Source of the DNA: Bacteroidales bacterium
Lineage (GTDB): Bacteria; Bacteroidota; Bacteroidia; Bacteroidales; UBA7960
Direction of reading: 5' to 3'
NCBI GenBank assembly: GCA_003550725.1
Contig: PUKZ01000097.1
Coordinates: forward strand, 5,884-69,883
Length of the DNA stretch: 64,000 nt
Part shown: piece by piece, positions 61,239-64,000 of the stretch
Layout of the letters: each line of letters opens with the position of its first letter
Position numbering within the stretch: the first letter of the stretch is position 1
Translations under genes and position numbers: made by a program
The notes under the pieces: generated by a model
The model's input: only the letters and a program-made list of their open reading frames with translations
What the model was told of the DNA's origin: nothing
The model's database searches: none

Positions 61239-61483
61239 AAGCAGTTAATTTTTTATTCGACGGCAAAAATACATAATCTTCCAGAAAACTTTTTATAAAA
61301 CCCTTATTAACAAAATGTTCACAAAAGAAAATATATATATAATCAACCCAAGGGATGTATAAGCTGAAAGCTTTTAGTTTTTAGCTTTTAACTTTTAGTT
61401 TTAATTGCATTATTTTGTTAAAACAATTTAATATTTTCGTAATTTAGCTTATAAAATTGATTTTTAAACCAAATAATTAAAAA

Positions 61484-62374
61484 ATGAATAGATTAAATTT
61501 TTTTAAAGTATTTGTTTTTGCAGCACTTTTTTGTGTATGCATTACATTGGCAAGCCAGGAAGAACGCCTTGTAGCACCGGAGCCTCCTGAAGCTATTGAA
61601 GTTAGTGATTTTCCACCACGAAGTATTACAGGTGGCGGTAGTGAAATGTTTACACGGGTGTTTTTCACACCACTACCGGTTGAAGATGTTACAGCTTTTT
61701 ACCGTAATAATGTAGGTGATATGCAGCCAGTTATTCAAGGGAAAGAGTACAGGGCTGATTTGATTGATTTAGAATTTAAAGAGGTGGCAGTATTAAAAGT
61801 CTATTCTTTACCGCGTAAACCGGGAGTTACTGTTAAATGTGTCAGAACCCTTAAAAGAGATTATTGTTCATCTGATTATTTCAATAAGTTCCGCGATATG
61901 GCAAGCAACCTTGATCAATATAGCCGGAAGGATTACACTGATCTTTGTGAACAGTACGGTTATCTTGAGATTGGATATTATGGATACTGTGATGAACGCG
62001 AGAATATGACAAAAGACGAGTCTCTGTACAGGGAATATTTTAAAGAGCTGGAGCCGGAAATGGGTAAAGCAATGACCGCTGAAGAAATGTCAAAACAAGC
62101 TCAGCAACTTATACAAGAAGGGCGAATGGATGAAGCAAGGGAATTGTTGGAAAAAGCTGCAAAGTTGCAACAAGATGCCTATATGCATGCCATGGGAGAT
62201 GACCCGACACAAATGATGCATCAGGGACAGAAGGATATTAAAGATAATTGGGAGGAATGGCTGGAGTTTTTAAAAGAGCTGGATGGTATGATCATGCCTA
62301 CGGTGGTATTCATTGATACCCACCCATCCGAATGGACTCAAGATGAGTGGATACATAAAAGTATAGAATGGTAA
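61484..62374 (+). CDS. Hypothetical secreted protein
   Basis: 296-aa ORF with signal peptide (..ITLAS-Q); acidic and helical C-terminal half; family not recognised. Confidence 0.7.
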   Translation: MNRLNFFKVFVFAALFCVCITLASQEERLVAPEPPEAIEVSDFPPRSITGGGSEMFTRVFFTPLPVEDVTAFYRNNVGDMQPVIQGKEYRADLIDLEFKEVAVLKVYSLPRKPGVTVKCVRTLKRDYCSSDYFNKFRDMASNLDQYSRKDYTDLCEQYGYLEIGYYGYCDERENMTKDESLYREYFKELEPEMGKAMTAEEMSKQAQQLIQEGRMDEARELLEKAAKLQQDAYMHAMGDDPTQMMHQGQKDIKDNWEEWLEFLKELDGMIMPTVVFIDTHPSEWTQDEWIHKSIEW

Positions 62375-62435
62375 TATCTGTTATTTTATTCTCAAAAATC
62401 CGGGATCAAATAAAAATAAATTTATAGTTTGTTGT

Positions 62436-62646
62436 ATTAGTGTCCACTAAAAAATTAAACTATGAATAACGGCCAAAATCAATTTTTGTAAATATCAGCA
62501 TTTAAGTCTGATATATTATTAAGTAAACTTTACTTATATGGGTTTAGCTGTTTTCAATTTCAAATAGTTATCAATCAATAACCCCTCTAAAACAAGCTAT
62601 ACCATTCTTTATTTGTGTTTAAATGACAATTTTAGTGGACACTAAT
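62436..62646. mobile_element. Second MITE-like element with 17-bp perfect terminal inverted repeats
   Basis: ATTAGTGTCCACTAAAA (62436-62452) / TTTTAGTGGACACTAAT (62630-62646); shares the TAGTGTCC end with 18707-18992. Confidence 0.6.
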
Positions 62647-62696
62647 GAGTTTGTTTTTTATCTTCACTTTTTTAGTATAACCTGGCAAGCTCAATA

Positions 62697-63176
62697 CTAT
62701 TCCTTTAGGGATGTATTGCTTACAAGATACTCGTCATCAGGAAAGTGATTAGTAAATGAATATACTAAAAACTTCTCTTCTTCCTCATCAAAATTGATTT
62801 CATAAAGTTTTTCCTGATAAATACCGTTGATTTTTGAAATAGTAAATTTGTTCTTAGTTGCCGACAAAGCATAAAGTTCATCTTCGTACTCAACTATCTG
62901 ATATTCATACTCTCCTTCCATCATAGCTAATGGATTGGAGCCGGTCCAGCATTCAATCACGTTTAAAATGAAAAAATCCAAAGTACCTGCTACTGAATAA
63001 ACCGGGATTATGTTCATTCCGTAAAAAAGTAATGATTGAGCAAGACAGTTGTCGGTAACTGTTTGATTGAATTCGTATACTTTACGGGTCAGGCTGAAGT
63101 TACCAAAACAACCACTAAGTGAAGCGGCTAATAAACCAACAACAAAAAAAATTGTTATTTTTCTTAAGATTTTCAT
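62697..63176 (-). CDS. DUF3332-family lipoprotein
   Basis: Lipobox LSGC, CFG.FSLTRKVY.FN, PVY.....D..I.N.IE.WTGSNPL; start placed at MKILRK. Confidence 0.8.
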   Translation of the reverse strand: MKILRKITIFFVVGLLAASLSGCFGNFSLTRKVYEFNQTVTDNCLAQSLLFYGMNIIPVYSVAGTLDFFILNVIECWTGSNPLAMMEGEYEYQIVEYEDELYALSATKNKFTISKINGIYQEKLYEINFDEEEEKFLVYSFTNHFPDDEYLVSNTSLKE

Positions 63177-63432
63177 GATAATAATTTTTAGGGGGTTAAA
63201 CACTTCAAATATAAAGTATATATAAATAAAAAACAATATTATTTATAAAATTGCAGGAAAACTGAAGGATCGTCTGCGGTCGGCTCATAGCCGGCTTTGT
63301 TTTTAACCAAACGATTTTCAATTGCCTTTGCCGTATTTCCGGCCATTTTTTAATTCACTCCCTCGCTGCCCGCCGTTTGGGCAGGCTGGCGCGTAGGTGC
63401 CAATCTCCTCCTCCGTCAATCCATAAACCACT

Positions 63433-64000
63433 TTAACTATGAATCTTTTCACTAAGCCGTTCAGCCAAATTTTCAATATCATCATATCTTGCTATTTGTT
63501 TTAACCAATTTTTTGGGATGCTGTCAAAGCCGTAAAGAAGTCCTGCAAGGCCACCTGTTACCGCTCCCGTTGTGTCTGTATCTTCGCCTAAATTTACTGC
63601 CCGTAAAACTGCTTCTTCGTAACAGTTTGTTGTAAGTAAGCACCAAATGCTCGATTCAAGTGTATGCAAAACATAACCACTACTATAAATCTCGTCTTCG
63701 GGAATTTTGCGAATGTCGCTTTTCAGAAGTCTTTCAAACAACTCAATTTCTTTGGGACTTATGGATAGGCTTGTTAAGTAGTTGGCAATTTCTGATTGCA
63801 GGTTTCTGTATATTTCAAACTTGTCTTTACCTTCTAAAATTTGTTTTGCAAATTCAAGGTAGTAGAAACAAGCAATTACTGAACGAATGTGCCCGTGAGT
63901 GATTGATGAAACTTGTTTTGTAATGTTGAATCGCTCGTTTATTGGTTTGTCAAGCAAATAGAAAAGTAATGGCAAAATTCTCATAAGAGAACCATTACCG
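63433..64000 (-). CDS. ADP-ribosylglycohydrolase family protein (C-terminal part; gene starts beyond the window end)
   Basis: GNGSLMRI, ITH, SSGYV..TLE, AVNLGEDTDTTGAVTGGLAG. Confidence 0.9.
   Translation of the reverse strand, partial: GNGSLMRILPLLFYLLDKPINERFNITKQVSSITHGHIRSVIACFYYLEFAKQILEGKDKFEIYRNLQSEIANYLTSLSISPKEIELFERLLKSDIRKIPEDEIYSSGYVLHTLESSIWCLLTTNCYEEAVLRAVNLGEDTDTTGAVTGGLAGLLYGFDSIPKNWLKQIARYDDIENLAERLSEKIHS

Noticed and set aside
61361-61406. Short heptamer run (YTTTTAR) as a repeat array
   Set aside because: Only about five degenerate units in low-complexity DNA; not CRISPR-like.
1-64000. rRNA, tRNA, CRISPR arrays, transposases or prophage genes
   Set aside because: None recognised on either strand by inspection.

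Overview
AT-rich chromosomal segment of an anaerobic Bacteroidota (Bacteroidales-like) organism, probably salt-adapted. The taxon call rests on Bacteroidota-type metK, ruvB and lnt plus repeated TAnnTTTG -7 promoter boxes. 1-20 kb: housekeeping genes (meaB, tnaA, mntP, ruvB, queG, lnt) and a yhaO-yhaN nuclease/ATPase pair. The pair is split by a GxxExxY gene with inverted-repeat flanks and sits next to a MITE-like element. 20.8-41.6 kb: a co-directional methyl-transfer supercluster of metH, metF, corrinoid protein, two non-pyrrolysine MttB-family methyltransferases, a hydantoinase-A-like ATPase, DUF1638, methyl-THF:corrinoid methyltransferase, sarcosine/dimethylglycine N-methyltransferase (SDMT), ahcY, metK, adenosine kinase and a BtuFCD-like importer. 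50.4-58.8 kb: an acetogen-type hdrC-hdrB-hdrA(large)-mvhD-metV-metF operon, next to an MscS channel. Best candidate for an undescribed system (inference): a hybrid glycine betaine biosynthesis route. In it, cobalamin/MttB enzymes run in the methylating direction and replace the absent glycine/sarcosine methyltransferase, SAM is spent only on the last step, and an Hdr-coupled methylene-THF reductase supplies methyl-THF. All family calls come from motif recognition; no database searches were run. No rRNA, tRNA or CRISPR array was seen.
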